Of a stretch of 64,000 nucleotides of DNA, positions 49,296 to 59,131 are shown piece by piece (the stretch's first letter is position 1; the number at the start of each line of letters is the position of its first letter). This DNA comes from an uncultured delta proteobacterium (lineage in GTDB: Bacteria > Desulfobacterota > Binatia > UBA9968). A program made the position numbers and the translations under genes. The notes beneath the pieces are model-generated. The model saw only the letters and a list, made by a program, of their open reading frames with translations. It did no database searches and was not told the DNA's origin. The stretch spans positions 1-64,000 of the forward strand of contig CAWDPO010000016.1 of assembly GCA_963804165.1 (NCBI GenBank), read 5' to 3'.

Positions 49296-51210
49296 TCAAT
49301 CGAGCTGGCTCCACTCCTTGAATTCTTCCAACCCTAGCCGTGTCAACGTGTCCATGTAGGGGCGGCCGGTTTTTTCGTGCCGTCCGGTCACGCGGTAATA
49401 CTCGTAGACCAATCCCGGCAGCCATTTGGCGATGGTGAATCCTTTGTACTTGCCGTCGGGGATCGGTTCTAAAAACCGCGGGCCGACGTCCTGCCAATCG
49501 TGATCGGCGATCCAGCCGCGCTGCGTGCCGAAGACGCTTTGAAGAATCATCGCCCGATGGCCGGTATCGAGCATCTCATCGAGACTCACGTCCCATCCGG
49601 TCGTCGCGTTTAACGAATCGACCATGCTCTTCAGGCCGTCGGGCATCTTGTCGTTAAGCGCGAACCAACATGCGCCCATCAAGCCGCAAGCCTGGCGGAA
49701 TTTTTCGGTCAGCGTGTGGGACCGGGTCCAGCCGTCGGGTTGTTGCATATCCAGCGGCCCCCATTTTTCGCGGTAAGCGAGATCCGGCGGCGGTTCGGCG
49801 CCGCCGGCGCCTTGCGGCTTCATGCCGCCGCTGGCGACGAGCTCGCGCAGCATCTGGCTCAGTAACGGGCGCCACTCGTGCTGTGCCGGCGTGCCCCCTT
49901 TGGTGTGCACGACCCAGTTCTTCGCTTCGCCGCCGAGCGCTTCCGCCAACTCTTTCGGTCCGTCGGCAAGAATGTTGCCGAGCCAGGTTTCGCGCCGGGC
50001 GCAGCGCTCGAGCAAAGTTTCCGCCGCCTCCAAGTTGCCCCATTCCAGTTTCAATCCGTCGGTGCGGTCGGGGCCGAGCACGCCTTTTTCCCACGCTTCG
50101 AACGCGAGACCGGCGCCGCAAGCGTAGTGGCTGCATTCGATGCCGAGATCATTGATGCGCTCGGAAAGATAAAGAACATCGTTGCCTTTGAAGCCCAGGT
50201 TGTAAAAAGTATCCTGCCACTCGCTGCCGGCGTTGAAGTGGCCGATTTTTCCTTTGTGGCGTCCTTCGCCGATCTCGACATCCCACGGGCACATGCGCGG
50301 GCACTGAAAGCAGGGACGCAACACGACGTGGTTTTGATCGTAGCCTTTGGCCTCGTCGGTGATGATCGTGCTGCGCCAATTCAACTTGGTAATCGCGCCC
50401 CAGGCGTCGCCATGGCCCACGCTTTTTTTCTTTTGCGCCGGAGTGTACACGCGCGGCTGCAACGCTTTGCGCCAGCGCAGGCCGGCGTCGATCAACTGGT
50501 TTTTGTCGTGCACCCGCGGCCGCTTGGTGCCCCAGACAACGATCGCCTTTAATTTTTTCGAGCCCATGACCGCGCCCAAACCGTGCGCGGCGGTGTGATT
50601 GTAGTCGTTCACAAACATCGCGGCGCGAATGAGATTTTCCCCCGCCGGTCCGATGCAGCCTATGCGCGCATCGCGATGGCCCGATTCGGCGCGCAGCTGT
50701 TCTTCGGTATCACGCACGCCTTTGCCCCAAACGTTGCCGGCGTCGCGCAGTTCGACTTTGTCTTCGCCGATGTAGAGATACGGAAGGTTTGGTCGCCGCG
50801 CCGGTGATGATCATGCCATCATAACCCGCAGCCTTGAGCGACGAGCCGAAGTAGCCGCTCGTCGCCGCGCGGCCGAGGGTGTGTCGCGTTGCGGGGCTGA
50901 GAAACACAAAACAAGTCTTGGTCCCGCCGGGAGTGAAGCCGGTTCCCGTCACCGGGCCCGTCATGCCGACGATCACGTTCCGGGCGTCGTAAGGATCGAT
51001 ATCGAGCGGCAGCTCATTGAGTAGAATATATTCGGACAGCAGCTGACCGCCCCAATATTTCCGCAAAAGCGGCTCTTCGGGAATATTTAATTCGGTGAAT
51101 TTTCCCGCGCTCAAATCGACGCGCAGGATCTTCCCCATGTAACCGCCGGGCAGGCGGGTCTTGCGCTCAATCGGAAAGAATTTGGTGTAATCCGAATTTG
51201 CGTTTGCCAT
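49296..51210 (-). CDS. Aldehyde:ferredoxin oxidoreductase (AOR/WOR) family, copy 1 (frameshift near 50783)
   Basis: GYMGKILRVDL, LKAAGYDG, IGPAGEN, GAVMGSKKLKAI, CFQCPRMC, YYRVTG...GRP..DTL.RLGL. Confidence 0.88.
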
Positions 51211-51236
51211 CGCGATTCCTTGTTAGCAAAGGGTTG

Positions 51237-51317
51237 GTTCCAATCGTTCCACTTGTTCCAGTCGTTCCAAACGTTTGGACGAATGGAACGATTGGAACTA
51301 TTGAAACGTTTGGAACG
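51237..51317. repeat. Inverted array of 9-bp GTTCCANNC units
   Basis: gttccaatc gttccactt gttccagtc gttccaaac ... tggaac gattggaac tattgaaac gtttggaac. Confidence 0.8.
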
Positions 51318-51335
51318 CGAACGCTAAGCGTTCGC

Positions 51336-52391
51336 TCAGTCCGCCGCCGCCCATAAACTCGATCCGCCGGTAAATTCGATATCCAATCTCTCCCAACTGT
51401 CACCCAGGTCGCGGCTGATCATTAGATCACCGGCGCCGCCGGCGCCCGACGCGTGGCCGCGGGCGACGTTGCCGAAGCCGGCAAACACCGACTTGTGATC
51501 GGTCGGATGATGCACCAGCGCCCAGATCATCGAGTCGAGGTCATCGGCGAGTCCGTTGGTGATGCGCGTCCAGGACGCCGCGCCATCTATGCTTTTGAAC
51601 ATCGCCGCGCGCGCGCCGCGGTTTTCTCTGCGCCAGAATCCCGGAGACGCGTCGGCTGTTGCGATGAGCATTGTCGGTTGCTCGCCGTTGCGCTCCGGCG
51701 GCAAGAAGAGAAAATCATGAAAGTAGTCGCGGGTCAGGCCATTTTCCGCGCGCACCCAACCATCTTGCGGCTTGTCGCTGGTGAAAAAGCCGCGCGCCGA
51801 CGCGACGTAGTAACGATCGGTGCGTCTGGGAAAATTCGAAATGACGTGAATGTCGAGATAATCGATGCCCTTGCTGACGTCCTCCCAAGTCTCACCGCGG
51901 TTAAAGCTGCGCACGATGCCGCCATGTTCGAGACACAGATAGATCGTATTTGGATCGTCCGGGTGAATATGGATGTTACGCACGTGACCGTGGTGCGGTG
52001 CTTGTGGATACCACCAGTTCTTGCGCACCGACTGGGGCAATGCTTTCAACGACATGATCTCTTGCCAGCGATCGCCACCATCCTCGCTGCGAAAAAGGCC
52101 GACCGGCTCGATGCCGGAATAGATCACTCTGTCGTCCGTCGGATCGACGGCGACGGAGCGAATATCGCCATCGAGCACCTTCGCCCAGCTTTTGCCGCCG
52201 TTGGCGGTGCGATAGAGGCCGTCGTGGGTGACGCCGACGAAAACAGTTTCCGGTGACCGCTTGCAGCCGTGAATGGAATCAATGATGCCGTCCTCAAAAT
52301 GGTGCGCAACTTCCTGCCAGCCGCTGTTCGTCGAACGCCAGATGATCAAGCCATGTTGTGTGCCGGCATACAATCGTACGCCTTCGGTCAT
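51336..52391 (-). CDS. Beta-propeller protein with BNR/Asp-box repeats
   Basis: LYRTANGGKSW, FRSEDGGDRW, RSFNRGETW, KSIDGAASW, SRDLGDSW; no signal peptide. Confidence 0.8.
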   Translation of the reverse strand: MTEGVRLYAGTQHGLIIWRSTNSGWQEVAHHFEDGIIDSIHGCKRSPETVFVGVTHDGLYRTANGGKSWAKVLDGDIRSVAVDPTDDRVIYSGIEPVGLFRSEDGGDRWQEIMSLKALPQSVRKNWWYPQAPHHGHVRNIHIHPDDPNTIYLCLEHGGIVRSFNRGETWEDVSKGIDYLDIHVISNFPRRTDRYYVASARGFFTSDKPQDGWVRAENGLTRDYFHDFLFLPPERNGEQPTMLIATADASPGFWRRENRGARAAMFKSIDGAASWTRITNGLADDLDSMIWALVHHPTDHKSVFAGFGNVARGHASGAGGAGDLMISRDLGDSWERLDIEFTGGSSLWAAAD

Positions 52392-52405
52392 ATGAACTCT
52401 CCTTG

Positions 52406-52505
52406 GTTCCAGTCGTTCCAACCGTTCCACAAGTTCCAATCGTTTCGTTGATCCGTTCTATCCGGAAACTTTGGAACGATTGAAACATTTGGAACCATTG
52501 GAACG
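52406..52505. repeat. Inverted array of 9-bp GTTCCANNC units
   Basis: gttccagtc gttccaacc gttccacaa gttccaatc ... tttggaac gattgaaac atttggaac cattggaac. Confidence 0.8.
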
Positions 52506-52517
52506 GTCTTCATCCAT

Positions 52518-53246
52518 TTACGGAAACAGCTCGCTTCTTCCGGTTGCCGGCTGGTGGTCCCAGCGCGCCTCCAGGCTGGCGAAATAATTCCACGCTCTCT
52601 GCGCGCGCCGCTCCAACGCGATCTCGCCGCCGAACGCGCGGCATTCTTCCTCACTGATGGTGCCGACTTCGCCGAGCGCCGCGGCTTGCCATGATTTTTT
52701 CGCGTCGTCTTCCAGCACCAGAGCGGCGTAAAGCACTTCCTGGAGATTTTTCCCGGCGACGACAATGCCGTGACCGCGCAGCAGGGCGGCGCGTTTGTCG
52801 GCGATCACTTTCAATAGAGCATCACCCCGGGCCGGGTTGGTGATGAGCTGTGCTTCCGGATAGAGCGGTACGCCGTCGCTAAAAATAGCTCCTTGCAGCG
52901 TGACCGGCTGAAATTTTCGCTTGGCGATGGCGTAGAGCGTCGCGTAAGGAGTATGCAGGTGCGCGACCGCAAGCGCGTCCGGGCGGGCGGCGTGAAGCGC
53001 GGTATGAATCGGCCACTCGACCGGCGGGCCTTGTTCGCCCTCGAGCGTCTTGCCACTCAGATCGCAAGGCACCATTTCCTCGGCGCGCAGGCTGCCTTTG
53101 TCCGAGCCCATGCCCGGCGTAATGAAGACGCGCTTCGCTTCCGGTTGATAGACGCTCACGTGACCAAAGACGCCGATCATCCCCTGCATCGCAAAGATGC
53201 GCGTGCAGGTGGCCAATTGTCCGCGCAACTCGTATTCGGTAGCCAT
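52518..53246 (-). CDS. Class II aldolase/adducin family protein
   Basis: GHVS, PVEWPIH, AVAHLHTPY, LLRGHG. Confidence 0.9.
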   Translation of the reverse strand: MATEYELRGQLATCTRIFAMQGMIGVFGHVSVYQPEAKRVFITPGMGSDKGSLRAEEMVPCDLSGKTLEGEQGPPVEWPIHTALHAARPDALAVAHLHTPYATLYAIAKRKFQPVTLQGAIFSDGVPLYPEAQLITNPARGDALLKVIADKRAALLRGHGIVVAGKNLQEVLYAALVLEDDAKKSWQAAALGEVGTISEEECRAFGGEIALERRAQRAWNYFASLEARWDHQPATGRSELFP

Positions 53247-53250
53247 GGTG

Positions 53251-54360
53251 TTATCTCCTCTGGATTGCCTCTAGTTCTTTCTTGACCTCTTCGACGAGCT
53301 TTAACTGTAATAGCCTTTCCGGCGGGACGTCTTCTTTGAGCTGGAGTGGAATCCTGATGTCGTACTCTAAAAAATTCTTTATCCCTTCTGCGGTCGGCAG
53401 ACCGGGGACACCCGGCGACAACGCGCGCACGTAATTCTTCACTCCCTCGACGATCATCGAGCGGGTAGCGTTGCCGAGTTGGAGCCTTTTGATGCCGAGA
53501 TCGACCGCTTCCTGCGGTCTATCGCGGACGAACATCAGACCGCGCAGCGCGCCTTTGAGCCAGCGTTTGATCTGCCCCGAGTCGTCGCGAATTTTTCTTT
53601 CCGTGGTGACGAACCCTTGAAAGGGCATGGGAAAAAGATCGCCGAGAAAACCGAGCGACACGAGCCCTTCTTTTTGCGCGAAGACGAGTCCGCCGGGGTC
53701 CACCGTGGTCGCGTTCGCGGCGCCGGTTTTTACCGCCATCACCCGCGTATGGGTATCTGCGCCCATGGAAATCCTAATGATCTCTCGCGGCGCCACACCG
53801 CCGCGCTCGGCGAACATGGTCATGATGCGATCTTGCGTATCGCCAGGGCTGCCGATGGCGATCTTCTTACCCCTCAGATCGGCCGCGCCTCTGATAAGCG
53901 GATCCGCGACGAGATAAAAAGTCACCTTGTCGGCTTGAAACATGATCCCTTTGATAGGAGCGCCCTTGAGCGCCGCGCGCATCCCGCTGCCGCCGGCGCC
54001 GCTGAAGTCCACGTCACCGCTGAGCAGCGCTGCGATTGACAACGGGCCGGAGATGACTACGGTTTCGTTTTCAAGTCCTTCGTCTTTAAAGAAGCCTTTG
54101 GCGTCGGCGACGTAGATTGAAAGATAATTGAGATTGGCCTGGGGGATCGCGGTGCGGATTTTTTCGGCGTAGGCGAAGCTCACGCTCAGTGTGGAGATAA
54201 CAAGCGCGAAAACTACGCAGTTGATTTTTCTTTTACGAATTCCTCCCCCTCGACGGGGGAGGACTAAGGTGGGGGTGCCCGACCATTGCAATAGTGTGCG
54301 TAGCACCCCCATCCTGACCTTCCCCCGTCGAGGGGGAAGGTATGAATTCGGAGTCAGCAT
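53251..54360 (-). CDS. ABC substrate-binding protein (NMT1/SsuA-like) with a palindrome in its 5' end
   Basis: KGFFKDEGLE, ALLSGDVDF, DLRGKKIAI; the hydrophobic signal segment follows the repeat-derived peptide. Confidence 0.82.
   Translation of the reverse strand: MLTPNSYLPPRRGKVRMGVLRTLLQWSGTPTLVLPRRGGGIRKRKINCVVFALVISTLSVSFAYAEKIRTAIPQANLNYLSIYVADAKGFFKDEGLENETVVISGPLSIAALLSGDVDFSGAGGSGMRAALKGAPIKGIMFQADKVTFYLVADPLIRGAADLRGKKIAIGSPGDTQDRIMTMFAERGGVAPREIIRISMGADTHTRVMAVKTGAANATTVDPGGLVFAQKEGLVSLGFLGDLFPMPFQGFVTTERKIRDDSGQIKRWLKGALRGLMFVRDRPQEAVDLGIKRLQLGNATRSMIVEGVKNYVRALSPGVPGLPTAEGIKNFLEYDIRIPLQLKEDVPPERLLQLKLVEEVKKELEAIQRR
54241..54340. repeat. Composite palindromic element
   Basis: TCCTCCCCCTCGACGGGGGAGGACTAAGGTGGGGGTG ... 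CACCCCCATCCTGACCTTCCCCCGTCGAGGGGGAAGG. Confidence 0.8.
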
Positions 54361-54371
54361 GGTGATTGATG

Positions 54372-55178
54372 CTACGAAAAATACCGGTAGATGAGCCGCT
54401 TCGGGTGAATGATCGCCAGATACAAGGCGCGCAGTTTACCCGGAATGCCGCAGCGGGGCGTGAACAGATCCTTGAGCATCAGGCCGAGCGGAATCTTGTG
54501 TTTCGGGAATATCTGATCGCCGATGTTGCGCACACCGTACTTTTCTTTGCTCTCTTTTAGCACGTAGATCACGTTGCCACCGCCGGCTTCTTTTTCCCCG
54601 TAGATATAGCCGCCGACCGCTTCGGCCTGTTTCTTCGCCTTGTCCGAAATCTCCTCGGAAAACCCGAAATCGAGCGCGTCGACAGGACATGCCTGGACGC
54701 AGAACGGCTGCTTGTCCTCGCTGATACGGTCGCTGCACATGGTGCATTTGCTGGCTTTGCCGGTGATGTCGTTCTTGGTGATCACTTCCCAGGGGCAAGC
54801 GTGGATGCAGTATTCACAACCGATGCAAACGTCTTTGTTGATGACCACCGGGCCCTCTTCGTATTTCGTGATCGCCTCTACGGGGCACACGGCGGCACAG
54901 GCGGCGAAGTTGCAATGCATACAACTATTGCGCGCCCAGAGGGGTGAGAGCCCTTCGAGCACGGGCGGCTCCATGGTGATCCAATTCGTGTTGGATAATT
55001 CGTAGAGACTAGTGCGATCATGATCGTTCCAATCTTTGCACGCCTGCACACAGTGGCGGCAGCCGATGCACTTGGTCGCGTCGAACAGAATGCTGCGCGG
55101 CTTGCCGTCTATGAGCCGCCCCGTAGGAACTAGACTGCCGTATTGTTGAGTCAGAGTTTCAGTCGGATGAGTAGCCAT
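54372..55178 (-). CDS. Four-cluster 4Fe-4S protein (FdnH/DmsB-like)
   Basis: CIGCRHCVQAC, CMHC....C...CP, CIGCEYCIHACP, CTMC...CVQACP. Confidence 0.92.
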   Translation of the reverse strand: MATHPTETLTQQYGSLVPTGRLIDGKPRSILFDATKCIGCRHCVQACKDWNDHDRTSLYELSNTNWITMEPPVLEGLSPLWARNSCMHCNFAACAAVCPVEAITKYEEGPVVINKDVCIGCEYCIHACPWEVITKNDITGKASKCTMCSDRISEDKQPFCVQACPVDALDFGFSEEISDKAKKQAEAVGGYIYGEKEAGGGNVIYVLKESKEKYGVRNIGDQIFPKHKIPLGLMLKDLFTPRCGIPGKLRALYLAIIHPKRLIYRYFS

Positions 55179-55396
55179 GCACCGTCCTTTTCAGAGTTAG
55201 AGAACAATCCTTCAGCGGTGGTTTATCACTTAACTTTTGCAGGCGTCAACTGGATTGCGACAGGAGAAGATCGAGGATCGAGGATTGAATATCGAACCCG
55301 GAGTCATCGTAGAATCGCACCCGCGGCGCTTGTTTTTTGTAAGCGGCAGCGACTAGCATGTGCGGCCATATCTAAAACGAAGAGGAGGAGGTTCAA

Positions 55397-56143
55397 ATGT
55401 CGTCAGGAACATGGCGTGGAACGGTCGGTGTCGTAAAGCCGACTTACGGCTCCGGCTCGCTCGTGGAGTTCATTCGGCTTTTGCCTGAAGGCGTCGGTTG
55501 TATTCCGATGTACGCCGGTATCAAAGAGCATTCGGAGCGTGGCTATCTCGGCGCACTGGAAAACTACAACGCGAAAGTGGCCGAGCTCGCGGAGATCGGT
55601 GTCGATCTGATGCACCCCGAGGGCGGCCCGCCGTTCATGGTGCGCGGCTACAAGGCGGAACAGGAGATCGTCGACGGCTGGGAAGCCAAGTACAAGGTTC
55701 CCATCTTCACGTCGGGGATGTCGCAGGCGGAAGCGCTGCGCGCGCTCGGTATCAAGAAATTCGTCGGCTGCACTTATTTTAACGACAGCAAACTCAACGC
55801 TCTTTTTGCGCAATATTTCACCGACGCGGGCTTCGAAGTGCTCGGGATGGAAGGGATGGATACGACGCCATACGAAGCGGACAAAATCTCAACGGACACG
55901 ATCTACCAGCATCTCAAAGCGTCATTCAACAAACATTCCGGGGCGCAAGGAATTTACTTACTCGGTTCCGGAGCCTGGCAAGTGAAGGATATTGTCGACG
56001 TGGAAAACGATCTCGGTGTTCCCGTCGTTCATCCCGTCGCCGCGCGGGTGTGGCTGGTGCAGAAGAAGTTGCGAGTGAGAAATCCGATAAAGGGCGCGAG
56101 CCGATTGTTAGAAGAGTTGCCTTGGATGTGCAATGACCGCTGA
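55397..56143 (+). CDS. Asp/Glu racemase superfamily protein (maleate isomerase/AMDase-like)
   Basis: VGVVKP, LAEIGVD, ALRALGIKK, YFTDAGFEV, ENDLGVPVV; GAGGAGG RBS. Confidence 0.75.
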   Translation: MSSGTWRGTVGVVKPTYGSGSLVEFIRLLPEGVGCIPMYAGIKEHSERGYLGALENYNAKVAELAEIGVDLMHPEGGPPFMVRGYKAEQEIVDGWEAKYKVPIFTSGMSQAEALRALGIKKFVGCTYFNDSKLNALFAQYFTDAGFEVLGMEGMDTTPYEADKISTDTIYQHLKASFNKHSGAQGIYLLGSGAWQVKDIVDVENDLGVPVVHPVAARVWLVQKKLRVRNPIKGASRLLEELPWMCNDR

Positions 56144-56157
56144 TGATTCGCTAATTT

Positions 56158-58047
56158 CTAATCTAACTGGCTCCACTCGGTGAACTCTTCCAGGCCGAGT
56201 TTTTCCAGCGTGTCTTTGTACGGTCTTCCCGTGCGCTCGTGCCTGCCGGAGAGTTTGTAGTATTCCCAGATCATGTCCGGTAGCCACTTCGCAATGGTGA
56301 AGCCCTGGTATTTTCCATCGGGGATCGGTTCCAAAAATCTCGGGCCTACGTCTTGCCAGTCGAAGTCGGCGATCCAGCCGCGCTGGGTGCCGAACATGCT
56401 TTGCAAGATCATGCTGCGATGACCGGCGGCGAGCGCATCCTCCATGGTGAAATTCCAGCCGGTGATGGCGTTGAAGGCGTCGACGATGCTGTTGAGCCCA
56501 TCTTTCTTGTGACTCTCTTGAGCGAACCAGCAGCCGCCGAAGATGCCGGTGAATTGCCGATACTGCTCGGAGAGGACGTGGGACCAAACCCATCCTTCCG
56601 GCTGATCCATTTCGAGCGGGCCCCATTTTTCATTCTCGCGCAAATCGGGCGGAGGATTTTTTGAACCACCGCCTTGCGGTTTCATGCCGCCGCTGGCGAC
56701 GAGCTCGCGCAGCATCTGGCCGAGCAGCGGGCGCCACTCGTGCATCGCCGGCGTGCCGCCTTTGGTGTGCACCGCCCATTTCGGTGCGTCGCCGCCGAGC
56801 GCTTCAGCGAGCTGCTTGGGACCCTCAGCCAGTAAATTGCCGAGCCAGCCTTCGCGGCGCGCCGCCATGTCCAGAAGTTTGTCGACAGCGTCGACGTTGC
56901 CCCATTCCAGTTTCAAGCCGTTGGTCCGGTCCGCACCGAGCAATCCTTTTTCCCACGCTTCGAACGCGACGCCGGCGCCGCAGGAAAAATGGCTGCACTC
57001 GATTCCCAAATTGTTGATCTTCTCAGCCAAGTAAAGCACGGCGTTACCTTTGATGCCGAGATTGAAGAACGTATCGAGCCATTCGCCGCCGGCATTGAAG
57101 TGCACCACGGTGCCTTTGAATTCGCCTTCGCCGAGCTTGGCGTCCCACGGGCACATGCGCGCGCATTGAAAGCATGGACGGAGCACGACTTCGTTTTGAT
57201 CGAAGCCCTTGATATGCGCGGGTTGAATGTCGGTGCTGCGCCAATTGAGGTTGTTTAGCGCGCCCCAGGCGTCGCCGTGGCCGTATTTGGTTTTCTTTTT
57301 CTTGACGTCGTGCTGCTGCAAGACGTTGCGCCAGCGCAAGCCGGCGTCCGCCAGTTTCGCTTTGTTGCGGTAGCTCGGCCGCAGCGTGCCGGAGACCACG
57401 ATGGCTTTAAGTTTCTTCGAGCCGAGCACGGCGCCGCCGCTGTGCGCGGCGAAATGATTGTAATCGTTGGCCAGCATTGCGGCGCGGTTCAGATTCTCTC
57501 CCGCGGGGCCGATGCACAGCACTCTTGCGTCGCGGTTGCCGACGATCTCGCGCAACCGATCTTCGGTGTCGCGAGTACCGACGCCCCAGACTTGCGCTGC
57601 GTCGCGCAATTCGGGCTTGCCGTCTTTGATGTAGAGATAGACTGGTTTGGGCGACGCGCCGTTGAGGATGATACCGTCATAGCCGGCGGCTTTGAGATAC
57701 GTTCCCCAATAGCCGCTGGTCGCGCCCCGTCCCAATGTCGTGTTGGTCAGCGGGCTCAAGTAGACCGCCGTCATCTTGGTGCCGCCGGGCGTGAAACCAT
57801 TGCCGGTGAGCGGCCCGGTCATCATGACGATGACGTTCTCCGGCCCGAACGGCGTGGCATTGAGCGGCAACTCGTTCATCAAAATGTATAAACCCAACGC
57901 TTGCCCGCCGATGAATTTTCTCAAGATCGGTTCTTCGGGCAAATTCTCATCTTTAAATGTTCCAGTTGTGAGGTTGACGCGGAGAATTTTGCCCATGTAG
58001 CCGCCCGGCAATGGGGTTGTGCGCTGCGTCGGAAACAAGTTCATCAT
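56158..58047 (-). CDS. Aldehyde:ferredoxin oxidoreductase family, copy 2
   Basis: GYMGKILRVNL, LKAAGYDG, IGPAGEN, GAVLGSKKLKAI, CFQCARMC, GGCWF; intact 629 aa. Confidence 0.9.
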   Translation of the reverse strand: MMNLFPTQRTTPLPGGYMGKILRVNLTTGTFKDENLPEEPILRKFIGGQALGLYILMNELPLNATPFGPENVIVMMTGPLTGNGFTPGGTKMTAVYLSPLTNTTLGRGATSGYWGTYLKAAGYDGIILNGASPKPVYLYIKDGKPELRDAAQVWGVGTRDTEDRLREIVGNRDARVLCIGPAGENLNRAAMLANDYNHFAAHSGGAVLGSKKLKAIVVSGTLRPSYRNKAKLADAGLRWRNVLQQHDVKKKKTKYGHGDAWGALNNLNWRSTDIQPAHIKGFDQNEVVLRPCFQCARMCPWDAKLGEGEFKGTVVHFNAGGEWLDTFFNLGIKGNAVLYLAEKINNLGIECSHFSCGAGVAFEAWEKGLLGADRTNGLKLEWGNVDAVDKLLDMAARREGWLGNLLAEGPKQLAEALGGDAPKWAVHTKGGTPAMHEWRPLLGQMLRELVASGGMKPQGGGSKNPPPDLRENEKWGPLEMDQPEGWVWSHVLSEQYRQFTGIFGGCWFAQESHKKDGLNSIVDAFNAITGWNFTMEDALAAGHRSMILQSMFGTQRGWIADFDWQDVGPRFLEPIPDGKYQGFTIAKWLPDMIWEYYKLSGRHERTGRPYKDTLEKLGLEEFTEWSQLD

Positions 58048-58072
58048 GGTTGCCTCTTTGAGCCGTTCGCTC

Positions 58073-58109
58073 GTTCAAGTCGTTCAAAACGTTCAAGCCG
58101 TTCAAATCG
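58073..58109. repeat. Tandem 9-bp GTTCAANNC units (single arm)
   Basis: gttcaagtc gttcaaaac gttcaagcc gttcaaatc. Confidence 0.75.
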
Positions 58110-58132
58110 CTAAGAGCAGATCAATTCAAAAT

Positions 58133-59131
58133 TCACCGCGCGCTCAAGATTGCGCGCATCTCATCGCCTGCGGCACTGTACTCTTTAGCCAAGCGTGGGT
58201 CGCTGGCGAAGAGTTTTACATTGCGCAGGGAGAAGACTTGCGGATCGACGTCGCGGTGACTAGGAATTCGCCCTTGTTCACGTAACATGCGCTGTCCCTC
58301 TACGGAGAGAATGAAACTCATCAAAAGCTTACCGGCGCTGGGATGGGGCGCGGCTTTCATCAGCGCGATCGGATGAACGTAGGTAATCACCGGTTCGTCG
58401 AAGACATATTGGACGGGGCCGCCCTGGCCTTTGATGCGCGCGGCGATGTGTGCGTAGGTATTGGTCACCGCATGAAACTCACCGGCGGCTAGAAGTTGCG
58501 CCGCGATGTTATGGCCGTCGCGCACACCCGGCTGCTGGGCAGCGAGCGCCTTCAAAAAGTTGCGCGCTTTTTCTTTGCCCCAGCGCCGCTGCAGGTTGAC
58601 GTACCACTCCGGGTCTTGGACGTTGACTCCGAGTCGGCCTTTCCAGCGCGGCGCGAGCAGATCCTCGTACTTCTTGGGCGCCTCATTGGGGCGCACGAGC
58701 TGTGTGTTGTAGGCCATCGAATTGAGCAGCGAATGAACGTTGACCCAGTGACCGTCCGGATCTTTGAAGCCTTCATTGTAGGACGATGCTTCGGGCGGCA
58801 CGAAGCGCTGCGTCAGTCCCGATTCCTTCAGCAGCTGGACTTGAAAGCCAGCGGAAGTGACGACATCGACGGCGAAGCGGCCGGCTTTCGACTCGGTGAC
58901 CGCGCGCTGCAGAACTCGATCGCTCGTGCCACGATAAAACGACGGCTTGATGTTCGGATACTTTTTCTTGAAGGCGTCGATCAACGTGACGATCTGCTCG
59001 TTGTTGAGCGAGCTATAGAGCACCACTTCACCTTCGGTCTTGGCGGACTCTTCGAGGGTCGCAGCGTCTAAAACCTTTGGGAATAAGACCCACAGGACAA
59101 ATAGGACAAATCGCCGTTTCATGTTAGGCAT
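58133..59131 (-). CDS. Extracellular solute-binding protein (Fe3+/thiamine-type)
   Basis: AKTEGEVVLYSS, YNTQLV...PKKYEDLLAPRWKG, APHPSAGKL...LSVEGQ. Confidence 0.85.
   Translation of the reverse strand: MPNMKRRFVLFVLWVLFPKVLDAATLEESAKTEGEVVLYSSLNNEQIVTLIDAFKKKYPNIKPSFYRGTSDRVLQRAVTESKAGRFAVDVVTSAGFQVQLLKESGLTQRFVPPEASSYNEGFKDPDGHWVNVHSLLNSMAYNTQLVRPNEAPKKYEDLLAPRWKGRLGVNVQDPEWYVNLQRRWGKEKARNFLKALAAQQPGVRDGHNIAAQLLAAGEFHAVTNTYAHIAARIKGQGGPVQYVFDEPVITYVHPIALMKAAPHPSAGKLLMSFILSVEGQRMLREQGRIPSHRDVDPQVFSLRNVKLFASDPRLAKEYSAAGDEMRAILSAR

Noticed and set aside
46440-50800. Programmed ribosomal frameshifting in lsrF, the dehydrogenase and AOR
   Set aside because: No slippery heptamers or common context, and these families are not known to be recoded. 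Error or mutation is simpler.
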